64,000 bases of DNA from Myxococcota bacterium (GCA_965223415.1 OZ245002.1:5664001-5728000), one strand, 5' to 3'. Counted from the stretch's first letter, positions 8,791 through 18,602 are shown. Notes: generated by a model from the sequence alone, not told the origin. A program made the numbers and translations.

Positions 8791-10647
8791 TTACTCCGGG
8801 CGCCGATAGCGCCAGACGTGCCGGGTGCGGTCGGCGGAGAAGCCCGGCAGGACGGCCACCTTCTCGAAGCGCTCCGGGTCCTCCACCATCTCCATCAGGT
8901 CCGGGTGGCGCTTCCAGCCCAGGCCGAGGCGCCCGATGTTCACGAACAGCTCGCCACCCTCCCGGCGGGTGCGGCGCATGTGCCGCCGCAGCTCCTTCTC
9001 GGTGCCGATCAGCTGGACCTGGGGGTCGTAGTAGAAGGGGCCGGACACCCAGGTGACGGTCGTGATGCGCTGGTTCTCCGCGGCCAGCGGGTCGCGGACG
9101 GGGCGCGTGGCCTCGACGGACTCGCGCAGCGGGTAGAAAGGACGGGTCCACTGGGTGTGGTGGACGGGCCAGGCCAGGGCGAAGGCAAGCCCCAGGAAGG
9201 CGGCGCCGGCCGCCGCCCCGACCCACGGCCGGCGCAGCGCCGCGCCCAGGCCGTCGAGCCCGAGGGCCACGAGGGCCGCCGCCGGCGGAAGGGCGAAGGT
9301 GAGGTACCAGACGTAGAGGTGGTCGCTGCGCAGGCAGGACTGGAGCCAGGTGAGCGGCGCGGCGAGCAGCAGCACGACCAGCAGGCCGGCCCGCAGGCCG
9401 CCGGCCCGGGCCAGGCGCATCGCCCCGAATGCGAGTGCGGCGGCGGCGAGCACCGCCACCGCGACGAAGAGCGCGGTCGGGGCGTCCCGGAGCTGGGGAT
9501 AGAAGAGGGCCGCGTCCGCCTGGGGCCTGCCCCAGCCGACGCCGGCCAGGAGGTGGGCCCCGACCGCCTTCAGGTAGCGCAGGCCCAGGTCCGAGATGCC
9601 CTGGGCCTTGGCCGCATACTCGCGGTACTGGAAGAAGTTCGGCGTCATCATCAGCACGAAGAAGAGCGCCCCGGCCAGGTCGACGAAGACGAGCCGCGTG
9701 AGCTGGGAGCGCAGCGCCGGGCCGCCCCGGTCCCGGATCCACAGGAAGCCCGCCGCCACGGCGTTCATGAGCAACACGTGATAGAGGGTGGCCGGATAGG
9801 TCCAGAGCAGCAGCAGCTGGGCCACCCCGAAGGCGATCCAGCGCCGCCAGCTCCCCCGATGGAGCGCGGCCACGGTGAGCACCAGCGTGACCGACACCAG
9901 GCACATGGCCAGGGAGTAGCCGCGCGCCTCGGACAGGTAGCGGATGTGCCAGGGGTGCAGGGCCAGGAGCCAGGCGGCGAGGGCGCCGGCCCCGGCGAAG
10001 CCCAGCCGCCACAGGAGCCAGGCGACGGCGGCGATCGAGCCGGCGCCGGCGAGCAGGGCGGGCAGCCGCAGGACCGGCTCCGAGACGAAGCGGAGCGGCG
10101 GATCCGCCAACGCGCCCCAGACCGTGAGCGAGGCCCGCGCGAGCAGGGTGTGGACGACGTGGTTGTTCGGCTTTCGGTAGTACCAGAAGCTGTCGCGCAG
10201 CTTGATGCCCTTGGCTTCGAGCTGGCCCTCGCCGTCGTCGAAGTAGCCGCCCCAGATGGCCCGCCGCACGTTGTACACCTCGTCGTCCCACAGGCTGTCG
10301 TCGAGACGCGGCAGGCCCGCGCCGACGCCGGCCAGGACCGCGAGGCCGACCCCCGCGACGATCCAGCGGGAGGGCCGCGCCGGCGGGGCCAGGTCCGGGC
10401 GCTCCGGGGGCTCCCGGCGGTCGAACCAGAAGCGGGTGGTCGCGAGGAGCAGCGCGGTCACCGCCGCGACCCCGGCCGCGACCCAGTAGCCGTAGGCGAC
10501 CCACAGGTCCACGGGACGCACCGGGCGGCCGTCGGCGTGGCGCTCCACCTCGCCCGGGACCCACGGGTGGTCGCCGAAGATCAGGTGCGCGACCAGCACG
10601 AGGAGGATCACGCCGAGAGCGATCTGCATCGGGCGGGCGGCCTGCAT
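8791..10647 (-). CDS. GT-C (ArnT/PMT, GT39/83-like) membrane glycosyltransferase
   Basis: SLWDDE motif, LRLPALLAG, HPWHIRYLSEARGYSL and many TM helices. Confidence 0.8.
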   Translation of the reverse strand: MQAARPMQIALGVILLVLVAHLIFGDHPWVPGEVERHADGRPVRPVDLWVAYGYWVAAGVAAVTALLLATTRFWFDRREPPERPDLAPPARPSRWIVAGVGLAVLAGVGAGLPRLDDSLWDDEVYNVRRAIWGGYFDDGEGQLEAKGIKLRDSFWYYRKPNNHVVHTLLARASLTVWGALADPPLRFVSEPVLRLPALLAGAGSIAAVAWLLWRLGFAGAGALAAWLLALHPWHIRYLSEARGYSLAMCLVSVTLVLTVAALHRGSWRRWIAFGVAQLLLLWTYPATLYHVLLMNAVAAGFLWIRDRGGPALRSQLTRLVFVDLAGALFFVLMMTPNFFQYREYAAKAQGISDLGLRYLKAVGAHLLAGVGWGRPQADAALFYPQLRDAPTALFVAVAVLAAAALAFGAMRLARAGGLRAGLLVVLLLAAPLTWLQSCLRSDHLYVWYLTFALPPAAALVALGLDGLGAALRRPWVGAAAGAAFLGLAFALAWPVHHTQWTRPFYPLRESVEATRPVRDPLAAENQRITTVTWVSGPFYYDPQVQLIGTEKELRRHMRRTRREGGELFVNIGRLGLGWKRHPDLMEMVEDPERFEKVAVLPGFSADRTRHVWRYRRPE

Positions 10648-10667
10648 GGCGGCGCAGAGTACTGGAG

Positions 10668-10777
10668 AAGCGGGTCCGGGGGCGCCCCTCTACTTCACGC
10701 GAGACAAGCGGGTCCGGGGCGCCCCTCTACTTCACGCGAGACAAGCGGGTCCGGGGCGCCCCTCTACTTCACGCGAG
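10668..10777. repeat. Tandem repeat: about 3 copies of the 37-bp unit AAGCGGGTCCGGGGCGCCCCTCTACTTCACGCGAGAC
   Basis: Copies at 10668-10705 (one extra G), 10706-10742 and 10743-10777 (partial, overlapping the stop codon of the CoA-transferase); no spacers. Confidence 0.95.
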
Positions 10778-13186
10778 GATGCCTCGGGCGGCCCAGTCGG
10801 CGATCTGCTCGGGGGAGTGGCCCAGCAGGCCCTCGAGGACGGCCCGGTTGTCGGCGCCGGGGTGGCAGGCGCGCTCGGGCACGCGGGCCGGAGCGCGGGA
10901 GAGGCGCAGGCGGGAGCTCTCCACCCAGCTCGTCTGGTAGAGCGCGTGGGCCACCTCCTGGAAGTGTCCGCGTGCCTGGAGGTGGGGATCCTCGAAGAGC
11001 GAGGGGGTGTCGAGCACCTCGGCCGCGGGCACGTCCACGGCCTGGAGCCGCGCCTCGACCTGCGCCGCCTCGAGAGGCGCGACCCAGCTCGCCAGCGCCT
11101 CGGGTGCGGCGGCGTCGGTGCGACGCCTGCGCCACGCGGGGCGATCCAGTGCCGCGCACAGGCGCTCCCAGTCCGCGTCGTCGCGCACCGCGATCGCCAC
11201 CCAGCGGTCGTCTCCGGCACAGGCGAACACGTCGTGGGGGAAGCACACCCAGTCCGCGTTGCCCCGGGCCGGCACCGGTCCCGAACCTCCTGCCGTCGCC
11301 TCGAGGAGACTCGGCGCCAGGAAGTGGAGCGACGCCTCTGCCTGGGCCATGTCGATGTGCTGGCCCTCGCCGGTTCGCTCCCGGTGCTCGAGAGCCGCCA
11401 GGATCGCGATGGCGTTGTAGCGGGCGGAGATGAAATCGGTGTAGGCGCCGTAGGGCCCGGAAGGCGGCTGCCCCGGCCAGCACGCGAGCTGCTGGAAGCC
11501 GGTCACGCTGGCGGCCAGATTCCCGAAGCCGGTGAAGTCCCTCCACGGACCGGTCTGGCCCATCAGGCTGCTCGAGATCATGATCAGCCCCGGGTTGCGC
11601 TCGCGGAGCGCCTCCCAGCCGAGCCCGTAGCCGTCGATCACCCCGGGCGAGAAGGACTCGGTGACCACGTCGGCCCAGTCGGCCAGCTCGAGCGCGATCT
11701 CGCGTCCTTCCGGGTGCGCCAGGTCGAGGGTCACGGCCAGCTTGTTCACGTTGGCGGTGTGGAAGCCGCCGGCGCCGTCCGGGTGCGGATTGTTGAACTG
11801 GTATGGAGGAATGACCCGTAAGGTGTCGAGACGACTGGTGGATTCGACGCGAACCACCTGGGCGCCATAGTCCGCCAGCAGGCGCGTGGAGCCGGGGCCC
11901 GCCAGCACCCAGAAGAGGTCGAGGATCTTCACCCCGGCCAGGGGGCCGGCCTCCCCATCGCCACGGGGCGTGGCGGCGAGCCGGGCGGGAGGCGCCTCCG
12001 CCCGCACCTCCGCCCCGTGCTCGTCGAGCCGGGGCGCCGGGCGGCCGTTGCCCAGCGGGCTGGCGGGCAGGTGCGCGAAAGGGCCGGGGACCCGCAGGCG
12101 CCCGGCGCCGGGAACCTCGATCTCCGGTGCGGCGCCCCGCTCGGCGAGCTGATCGCTCCGGGCCAGCTCGTCGACCCCCAGGATCGGCGCCACCAGCAGC
12201 TTGCGCTTCACCGCCTCGGCCATCAGCCGGGCCTTGTCGTGCCGGCGGAAGAAGGCGTCGAGGATCGTCTCGACCCGGCGCCAGTCGGCCTCGGTCCGTT
12301 CGCCGCGGATCAGGTTCAGGGCGAACTGGCCCCACGCCTCCTCGTGGAGATCGACCGGGACCTCCTGCTCTTCGGCGACCCACGCCAGCAGCCGGGTCAT
12401 GAAGTGACCGGTCGACGGCAGGAACACCGGACCCAGCGTGACCCAGCCGTCCGCCGCCTCGTAGCGCGTGCGCAGCAGGACACCGCCCGCCACGGCGCCG
12501 CCGGAGATCCGCCGGGCTGGCACCTCGCCCAGGGGCGCGTCCAGGGAGCGGAACATGGTGGCCAGGGTGACGGACTGCTGGGCCGAGACGTCCACGTGCT
12601 GGCCGCGCCCCGTCCGCTTGCGCGCGAAGTGGGCGAGGAGCGCGCCGCAGGCCGCGTCCGCCCCCGCGTGGGCGTAGGCCTGGGGCGCCTGGACGCGCAG
12701 GGGGCGCGATTCCGACTCCCCGGAGAGATAGAGCGCGCCGCCGGTGGCCATCGCCGTGAGGTCCGTGCTGGCGTGGCCGGCCTTCGGTCCGGTCTGGCCG
12801 AAGGGCGAGATCGAGATGTACACCAGGCCCGGGTTCAGGGCTGCCAGGTCCTCGTACCCGAGCCCGAGCGCTGCCAGCCGGCCGGGGCGCTCGCTCTCGA
12901 TCCAGAAGTCCGCGCCGCGGGCGAGCTCCCGAAGCCGTTCGCGGTCCACCTCCGCTGCCAGGTCGAGTACCGCACTGCGCTTGCCGCGGGCGTAGGCCTG
13001 CCAGAAGAGGGAGCGCTCCGGCCCCGGCTCACCCCCCAGCCAGGGGCCCTGGGCCCGGGCGCGGGAGCCTTCGGGCGGCTCGATCTGCACCACGTCGGCG
13101 CCCAGGTCGGCCAGGATCTGACCGCACAGGAGACCCTTCTCATCGGTCAGGTCCAGAACGCGCCGGCCATCGAGCACGCCCGTCAT
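10769..13186 (-). CDS. Fused double family III CoA-transferase (CaiB/BaiF x2)
   Basis: Two CaiB repeats: LDGRRVLDLT...LADLGADVVQIEPPEG and LAGVKILDLFWVLAGP...LADYGAQVVRVES; ATG at 13186. Confidence 0.9.
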   Translation of the reverse strand: MTGVLDGRRVLDLTDEKGLLCGQILADLGADVVQIEPPEGSRARAQGPWLGGEPGPERSLFWQAYARGKRSAVLDLAAEVDRERLRELARGADFWIESERPGRLAALGLGYEDLAALNPGLVYISISPFGQTGPKAGHASTDLTAMATGGALYLSGESESRPLRVQAPQAYAHAGADAACGALLAHFARKRTGRGQHVDVSAQQSVTLATMFRSLDAPLGEVPARRISGGAVAGGVLLRTRYEAADGWVTLGPVFLPSTGHFMTRLLAWVAEEQEVPVDLHEEAWGQFALNLIRGERTEADWRRVETILDAFFRRHDKARLMAEAVKRKLLVAPILGVDELARSDQLAERGAAPEIEVPGAGRLRVPGPFAHLPASPLGNGRPAPRLDEHGAEVRAEAPPARLAATPRGDGEAGPLAGVKILDLFWVLAGPGSTRLLADYGAQVVRVESTSRLDTLRVIPPYQFNNPHPDGAGGFHTANVNKLAVTLDLAHPEGREIALELADWADVVTESFSPGVIDGYGLGWEALRERNPGLIMISSSLMGQTGPWRDFTGFGNLAASVTGFQQLACWPGQPPSGPYGAYTDFISARYNAIAILAALEHRERTGEGQHIDMAQAEASLHFLAPSLLEATAGGSGPVPARGNADWVCFPHDVFACAGDDRWVAIAVRDDADWERLCAALDRPAWRRRRTDAAAPEALASWVAPLEAAQVEARLQAVDVPAAEVLDTPSLFEDPHLQARGHFQEVAHALYQTSWVESSRLRLSRAPARVPERACHPGADNRAVLEGLLGHSPEQIADWAARGILA

Positions 13187-13187
13187 T

Positions 13188-13685
13188 CTACGCGGGCGCG
13201 GCCCCTTCGGGCGCCTTTCTGAGCTCGGCGGCGGCATCCAGCACCGCTCGAACGATCTTGTCGTAACCCGTGCAGCGGCAAAGGTTTCCGGCCAGCCAGA
13301 AGCGCACGTCGCGCTCGCTCGGATCCGGCTGGCGATCGAGCAGGGCCTTGGCCGCCACCACGATGCCCGGCGTGCAGACCCCGCACTGGAGGCCGGCGTG
13401 CTCGAGGAGCTTCTGCTGCACCGGGTGCAGGCGGCCCGCCTCGGCCACGCCTTCGACCGTCTCGACCGACCGACCCTCGACCTCGGCCGCCAGGGTGAGG
13501 CAGGAGCAGACCAGCCGGCCGTCGAGCAGCACCGAGCAGGCCCCGCAATCGCCGGTGCCGCAGCCCTCCTTGGTTCCGGTCAGCTGGAGCTCGTCCCGCA
13601 GCACGTCGAGGAGCGTCTGGTGGGGCTCGCAGAGGAAGTCGGCGGGATCGCCGTTCACGACGGTCGTCACGTGGAGGCGAGGCAA
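13188..13685 (-). CDS. Xanthine dehydrogenase/CoxS-like 2x[2Fe-2S] small subunit
   Basis: GTKEGCGTGDCGAC...C, QCGVCTPG, GNLCRCTGY. Confidence 0.95.
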   Translation of the reverse strand: MPRLHVTTVVNGDPADFLCEPHQTLLDVLRDELQLTGTKEGCGTGDCGACSVLLDGRLVCSCLTLAAEVEGRSVETVEGVAEAGRLHPVQQKLLEHAGLQCGVCTPGIVVAAKALLDRQPDPSERDVRFWLAGNLCRCTGYDKIVRAVLDAAAELRKAPEGAAPA

Positions 13686-13716
13686 GAAGGCTCTCCTGTA
13701 GGCAGGGGCAGAGAGG

Positions 13717-14601
13717 TCACGAGGGCTCTCCAGCCGCGCGAGAGGCGGCGATCCGGGCGGCGCGCGTCAGGAGCACGCCGGCCACGTGGGTGCGGTAGTC
13801 GGCGGGCCCGCGCACGTCGTCGATCGGGCGGCAGGCGGCGCGGGCGGCCGCGGCGGCGGCCTCCAGGGCGGCGTCGTCCAGACGGCTACCGACCAGTGCC
13901 TCGGCCGCGGCCGGGACGAGGAGCGCGGTCGGCGCCACGGCGCCGAGGGCGACCCGCGCGGCGGCGCAGCGCCCTTCCCCGTCGAGTCCGATCTGCACCC
14001 CCGCCCCGGCGACGGCGATGTCCATCTCGGTGCGCGGGATGAGCCGCAGGTAGGCGTCGGCGGTGCGGTCCGGCGGGCGCGGCACGCGGAGCTCGACGAG
14101 CAGCTCGCCCGGGCCGAGCACGGTCTCGCCGGGCCCAGTGCAGAACGCCTCCACCGGCACCTCCCGGGTGCCGCCGGGAGCGGCGATCCGACCGACGGCC
14201 CCCGCGGCGATCAGGGCCGGCACCGTATCCGCTGCCGGGGAGCCGTTGCACAGGTTCCCGCCCAGACTCGCGCGGCCCTGGATCTGCTCGGAGCCGATCA
14301 GCTCGGCGGCTCCGACCAGGCCCGGCCAGATCGCGCGGATCTCCGGGCGCTCGCGCAGCTCCGCGCTGGGGAGGGCCGCGCCGAGCCGCAGGCCCTCCGG
14401 CCCGAGCTCGCAGGCCGTGAGATCCGGAATCCGCTTCACGTCCACGACCAGCCGCGGCCGCCGACGGCCCGTCTGCATCTGGACGATCAGGTCGGTCCCT
14501 CCGGCCAACACCCGGCCGTCCGGCCCGGCCTCCGCCAGCAGGGCCACGGCCGCATCGACGCTCTCCGGGGCGGCGTAGGCCGCGCTCGTGCTCAAGGCCA
14601 T
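13717..14601 (-). CDS. Xanthine dehydrogenase/CoxM-like FAD-binding medium subunit
   Basis: LAGGTDL, ASLGGNLCNGSPAAD, PIDDVRGPADYR. Confidence 0.93.
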   Translation of the reverse strand: MALSTSAAYAAPESVDAAVALLAEAGPDGRVLAGGTDLIVQMQTGRRRPRLVVDVKRIPDLTACELGPEGLRLGAALPSAELRERPEIRAIWPGLVGAAELIGSEQIQGRASLGGNLCNGSPAADTVPALIAAGAVGRIAAPGGTREVPVEAFCTGPGETVLGPGELLVELRVPRPPDRTADAYLRLIPRTEMDIAVAGAGVQIGLDGEGRCAAARVALGAVAPTALLVPAAAEALVGSRLDDAALEAAAAAARAACRPIDDVRGPADYRTHVAGVLLTRAARIAASRAAGEPS

Positions 14602-14604
14602 CTC

Positions 14605-14853
14605 CTAGCCTCCCGAGACCACCGGGAGGAAGTGGAGCTCGCTGCCGGCGGGCACCGGCTCGAGCCAGGGATCGTGGACGACCTCGCCGTCGATCGCGAC
14701 GGCGAACTCGGCTCCCAGCGCCGTACCGAAGCCCGGGAAGCGCTCGTCGAGCGCCCGCACGACGGCCCGCACGCTGCCCGCGGGCACCTGGACGTGCAGC
14801 AGCCCGTCGCAGTGCCCGCGCAGAGCACGGGGAATCTCCACGAGGCAGTTCAC
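14605..14853 (-). CDS. MoaD/ThiS-family ubiquitin-like sulfur-carrier protein
   Basis: 82 aa from a GTG overlapping the large-subunit TGA; GSVRAVVRALDERFPG, VAIDG, ELHFLPVVSGG with C-terminal GG. Confidence 0.85.
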   Translation of the reverse strand: MNCLVEIPRALRGHCDGLLHVQVPAGSVRAVVRALDERFPGFGTALGAEFAVAIDGEVVHDPWLEPVPAGSELHFLPVVSGG

Positions 14854-17111
14854 GAAGCCGCCCCGCCCTCCCGGAGGGCCGCGAGCAGGCGCGGCGGCGA
14901 GATCGGCAGCCTCGCCATGCGCACGCCGGCCGCGGCGTGCACCGCGTTGGCCACGGCGGCCAGCGGCGGGACGATCGGCGTCTCGCCGACGCCCCGCACG
15001 CCGTAGGGGTGATTCGGGTTCGGCACCTCGACGACGACCGTGTCGATCATCGGCAGGTCCGAGGCGACCGGCACGCGGTAGTCGAGGAAGCCCGGATTTG
15101 CGAGCACCCCGTCGGCATCGAACACGTACTCCTCGTTCAGCGCCCAGCCGATGCCCTGGGCCGCGCCGCCCTGCATCTGACCCTCGACGTAGCTCGGGTG
15201 GATCGCGCGCCCGGCGTCCTGCACCGCGGTGTAGCGAACCACGTCCACCCGCCCGGTCTCCGGGTCGATCTCCACGTCGCACAGGTGGGTCGCGAAGCCG
15301 GGGCCGGCGCCGCGGGCGGTGAGCTGGGCCTGGCCGCCCAGGGGCCCCCCGGTCGACGCCGCCTTGCGGGCCACCTCGGCCACCGTGAGCGGATCCTCCG
15401 CGACACCCGAGCCCTCCGCGGGCACACAGCGGCCGTCGACGAAGTCCACCTGGTCCGGCGCGCAGTCCCAGAGCTTGGCCGCCCGGCTGCGCAGCTCGCG
15501 CACCACCTGGCGCGAGGCCTCGATCACCGCCTGACCGGTGGCGAACGTGACGCGACTGCCGCCGGTGACGTCGGCATAGCCGATCGACTCCGTGTCGGCG
15601 ACGACCGGACGCACGTGGTGGACGTCGATCCCGAGCTCCTCCGCGCACAGGATCGCCATCGACGCGCGGGAGCCCCCGATGTCCGGGTTGCCGGTGACCA
15701 CCACCGCCGTGCCGTCCTCGTTCAGGTGCACCTCGGCGCTCGAGCTCATCCCGGCGTTGAACCAGAAGCCCACCGCGACCCCGCGGCCCTGGTTCGGGCC
15801 CAGGGGCGCCCCGTAGTGCGGGTGGTCGCGGGCGGCTTCGAGGGTCTCGATCAGCCCGATGCGCTTCAGGGTCGGCCCGTAGGGAGTCTTGGTTCCCTCC
15901 TTCGAGGCGTTGGCGAGGCGCAGCTCGATCGGGTCCTGGCCGAGCTTCGCCGCCAGCTCGTCCAGGGCGCTCTCGATCGCGAAGGCCGCCTGGGGCGCGC
16001 CTGGCGCCCGGTAGGCGGTGGTCTTGGGTTTGTTGCACACGACGTCCAGAGACTCGATGTGATGGTTCGGCACGTCGTAGGGGGTGATCACGGTCATCGC
16101 CGCCGCAACCGCCGGTGCGCCGGGGAAGCCGCCGGCCTCGAAGGCCATGCGCACCCGCGCCGCCAGGAGCGCTCCGTCCTTGCGAGCCCCGAGCTCCACC
16201 TCCATCAACGTCGCGCCGCCGGGCCCGGTGGCGCGGAAGACCTCCTCCCGGGTCATCACCATCTTCACCGGCCGCGCCGCCTTGCGCGAGAGCAGCACCG
16301 CCAGCGGCTCGAGGTAGACCGTGGTCTTGCCGCCGAAGCCCCCGCCGATCTCGCTGGGGATGACCTTCAGCTGGGAGATGTCGAGGCCCAGGAGGGCGGC
16401 GCAGTAGGCGCGCACCTGGAACTGGCCCTGGGTGCAGCACCACAGGACCGACTGGCCGTCCTCACCGGTGCGGGCCAGCGCGGCGTGGGGCTCGATGTAG
16501 CCCTGGTGCACGGTCTGGGTGCGGTAGGTGCGGCGCACCACGGCCGCGGCTTCGGCCAGGCCCGCGTCCACGTCGCCGCGCTCGTAGGTCGTGACGGAGG
16601 CGACGTTCGTCGGCCCGGTGTCCGACGCGCCCTTCGTGCGCAGGTCGTCGTGCAGGATCTCGGCGCCCGGGGCCATCGCGTCCTCGACGTCCAGGACCAC
16701 CGGCAGCGGCTCGTAGGCGACCTCGATCGCTTCGAGGGCGCGCTCGGCGGCGGCCTCGCTCGTCGCCGCCACCGCCGCCACCGCGTGCCCGTGGTAGAGC
16801 ACCTTCTCCCGGGCCAGCACGTTCCGGGAGAGGTGGGCCATGTTCACCTGCCCGCCGCCGGGAGGGAGGTCGGGCAGGTCCGCCGCCGTCACCACGGCCT
16901 TTACCCCGTCCATGGCGAGGGCGGCGCGGGTGTCGATCGAGGTGATGCGCGCATGGGCGTGGGGGCTGCGCAGGACCCGGCCCCACAGCATGTCCGGGAG
17001 CGAGAAGTCCGCACCGAACTGAGCGCGGCCGGTCACCTTGTCCACGCCGTCGTGGCGGATGGGACGCGTGCCCACCCAGCGGAACTTGGGCTGTCCGTTC
17101 TCGTCGGCCAC
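14850..17111 (-). CDS. Xanthine dehydrogenase family molybdopterin-binding large subunit (not a CO dehydrogenase active-site type)
   Basis: DKVTGRA, HQGYIEPH, IGGGFGGK, AYRAPG, GQMQGG, GVGE; GGAGGTGA RBS. Confidence 0.92.
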   Translation of the reverse strand: MADENGQPKFRWVGTRPIRHDGVDKVTGRAQFGADFSLPDMLWGRVLRSPHAHARITSIDTRAALAMDGVKAVVTAADLPDLPPGGGQVNMAHLSRNVLAREKVLYHGHAVAAVAATSEAAAERALEAIEVAYEPLPVVLDVEDAMAPGAEILHDDLRTKGASDTGPTNVASVTTYERGDVDAGLAEAAAVVRRTYRTQTVHQGYIEPHAALARTGEDGQSVLWCCTQGQFQVRAYCAALLGLDISQLKVIPSEIGGGFGGKTTVYLEPLAVLLSRKAARPVKMVMTREEVFRATGPGGATLMEVELGARKDGALLAARVRMAFEAGGFPGAPAVAAAMTVITPYDVPNHHIESLDVVCNKPKTTAYRAPGAPQAAFAIESALDELAAKLGQDPIELRLANASKEGTKTPYGPTLKRIGLIETLEAARDHPHYGAPLGPNQGRGVAVGFWFNAGMSSSAEVHLNEDGTAVVVTGNPDIGGSRASMAILCAEELGIDVHHVRPVVADTESIGYADVTGGSRVTFATGQAVIEASRQVVRELRSRAAKLWDCAPDQVDFVDGRCVPAEGSGVAEDPLTVAEVARKAASTGGPLGGQAQLTARGAGPGFATHLCDVEIDPETGRVDVVRYTAVQDAGRAIHPSYVEGQMQGGAAQGIGWALNEEYVFDADGVLANPGFLDYRVPVASDLPMIDTVVVEVPNPNHPYGVRGVGETPIVPPLAAVANAVHAAAGVRMARLPISPPRLLAALREGGAAS

Positions 17112-17249
17112 GTCTCACCTCCGGATCCGGGGAGCGTACCCCAGGCCGCGCACGGCGAGAGCCGGTCTCGGAATCGTGAAGCGCGTACCGGCCCTCCTCG
17201 AGGAGACGGGCACGCTGGATATTTCTGGGACGGGCTCTAGCCTCGCCCC

Positions 17250-18602
17250 GTGGAGCTGCGATTGCCCGATCCCGCGCTCCGCGACGCCCTGCACACGGTC
17301 TGCGAGCGCGTCGCCGCCGCCGGGGGGCGCGCCCTGGCCGTGGGCGGCTGCGTGCGCGACAGCGCCCTCGGCCGCACCGCAAGGGACGTGGACGTCGAGG
17401 TGTTCGGTCTCGCCCCGGAGCGGCTGGGCGAGGTGCTCGGGGCGGCCGTCCCGGTTCTTCGGGTCGGCCAGGCGTTCCCGATCTTCCGCCTCGGCAGGCT
17501 GCCTCTCGACGTGGCCGTTCCGCGGCGGATCGGCGAGCGCGAGGCCTGGGACCCGGATGCGACGCCCGAGACGGCCGCCTTGCGCCGGGACTTCACGCTG
17601 AACGCAATCGCCCTGGACCCGCTCACGGGCGAGGTGATCGATCCGCTGGGCGGCCTGGGCGACCTGCGTGCTCGCCGCCTGCGCCACGGCTCGCCCCGCT
17701 TCGACGAGGACCCGCTGCGGGTGCTGCGGGCGATGCAGCTCTCGGCGCGCTTCCGCCTGGACGTCGCGCCGGAGACCGTCCTTCGCTGCCGGCGACTCGA
17801 CGCCGACGGGCTCGCCCGGGAGCGCGTGTTCGGCGAGTGGCGGCGGCTGCTGCTCGAAGGCGAGGAGATCTCCCGCGGCCTCCGCTTCCTGCGCGCCTGC
17901 GGCTGGACGCGCACGGTCCCGGAGCTCGAGGCCCTGATCGACGTGCCCCAGGATCCGACCTGGCATCCCGAGGGCTGCGTGTGGACCCACACCCTCCATT
18001 GCATGGACGTGTTCGCCGCCGAGCGCACCGGCGAGGAGCGGGACGACCTCGTGGTGGGCCTGGCCGTGCTCTGCCACGACCTCGGCAAGCCCGTGACGAC
18101 GCGGGTCGACGAGGACGGCCGGGTGCGCTGCCTCGGCCACGAGCGGGCGGGCGAGGCCCCGACCCGCCGGCTGCTCGCCCGCTGGACCGACGAATCGGCC
18201 CTCGCCGGCGAGGTGGTTCCCCTGGTGCTGGACCACCTCGCGCCGGTGCAGCTCCACGCCGCCGGCGCTGGCCCCGCCGCGGTCCGGCGGCTCGCCCGGC
18301 GTGCCGGCCGTATCGACCGGCTCGTGCGGGTGGCCTCGGCGGACCAGCAGGGCCGCCCGCCCCGGGTCATGGGCGCGTTCGAGGCGGGCGACTGGCTCCT
18401 CGCCCGCGCCGCCGAGCTGGGCGTGCTGCACGCCCCTCCGGAGCCTCTCGTGCAGGGGCGCCACCTGATCGCGCTGGGCCTCGAGCCGGGGCCGCCGTTC
18501 GGCCCCATCCTCGAAGCCTGCTATGCCGCCCAGCTCGACGGCCGCATCCGCGACGAGGCGGAGGGCATCGCCTTCGCAGAGGCCCGCATCCGGGAGTCTT
18601 AG
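17250..18602 (+). CDS. Class II tRNA nucleotidyltransferase with HD domain (CCA- or CC-adding)
   Basis: VGGCVRD, DVDVE, RRDFTLNA, EDPLRVLRA, HPEG..VWTHT, LCHDLGK. Confidence 0.9.
   Translation: MELRLPDPALRDALHTVCERVAAAGGRALAVGGCVRDSALGRTARDVDVEVFGLAPERLGEVLGAAVPVLRVGQAFPIFRLGRLPLDVAVPRRIGEREAWDPDATPETAALRRDFTLNAIALDPLTGEVIDPLGGLGDLRARRLRHGSPRFDEDPLRVLRAMQLSARFRLDVAPETVLRCRRLDADGLARERVFGEWRRLLLEGEEISRGLRFLRACGWTRTVPELEALIDVPQDPTWHPEGCVWTHTLHCMDVFAAERTGEERDDLVVGLAVLCHDLGKPVTTRVDEDGRVRCLGHERAGEAPTRRLLARWTDESALAGEVVPLVLDHLAPVQLHAAGAGPAAVRRLARRAGRIDRLVRVASADQQGRPPRVMGAFEAGDWLLARAAELGVLHAPPEPLVQGRHLIALGLEPGPPFGPILEACYAAQLDGRIRDEAEGIAFAEARIRES

Noticed and set aside
2480..10564. Very long alternative-frame ORFs (e.g. 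2480..5425, 6614..10564, and likewise 36069..39398 and 50604..53981)
   Set aside because: Arg/Pro/Gly-rich shadow or antisense frames of real genes, expected at this GC content; no family motifs.
10668..10777. CRISPR array (37-bp repeats)
   Set aside because: Units are head-to-tail with no spacers, and no cas genes were seen.
14850..17111. Aerobic CO dehydrogenase (coxL)
   Set aside because: Active-site loop is AYRAPG, not AYxCSFR or AYRGAGR; no coxDEFG.
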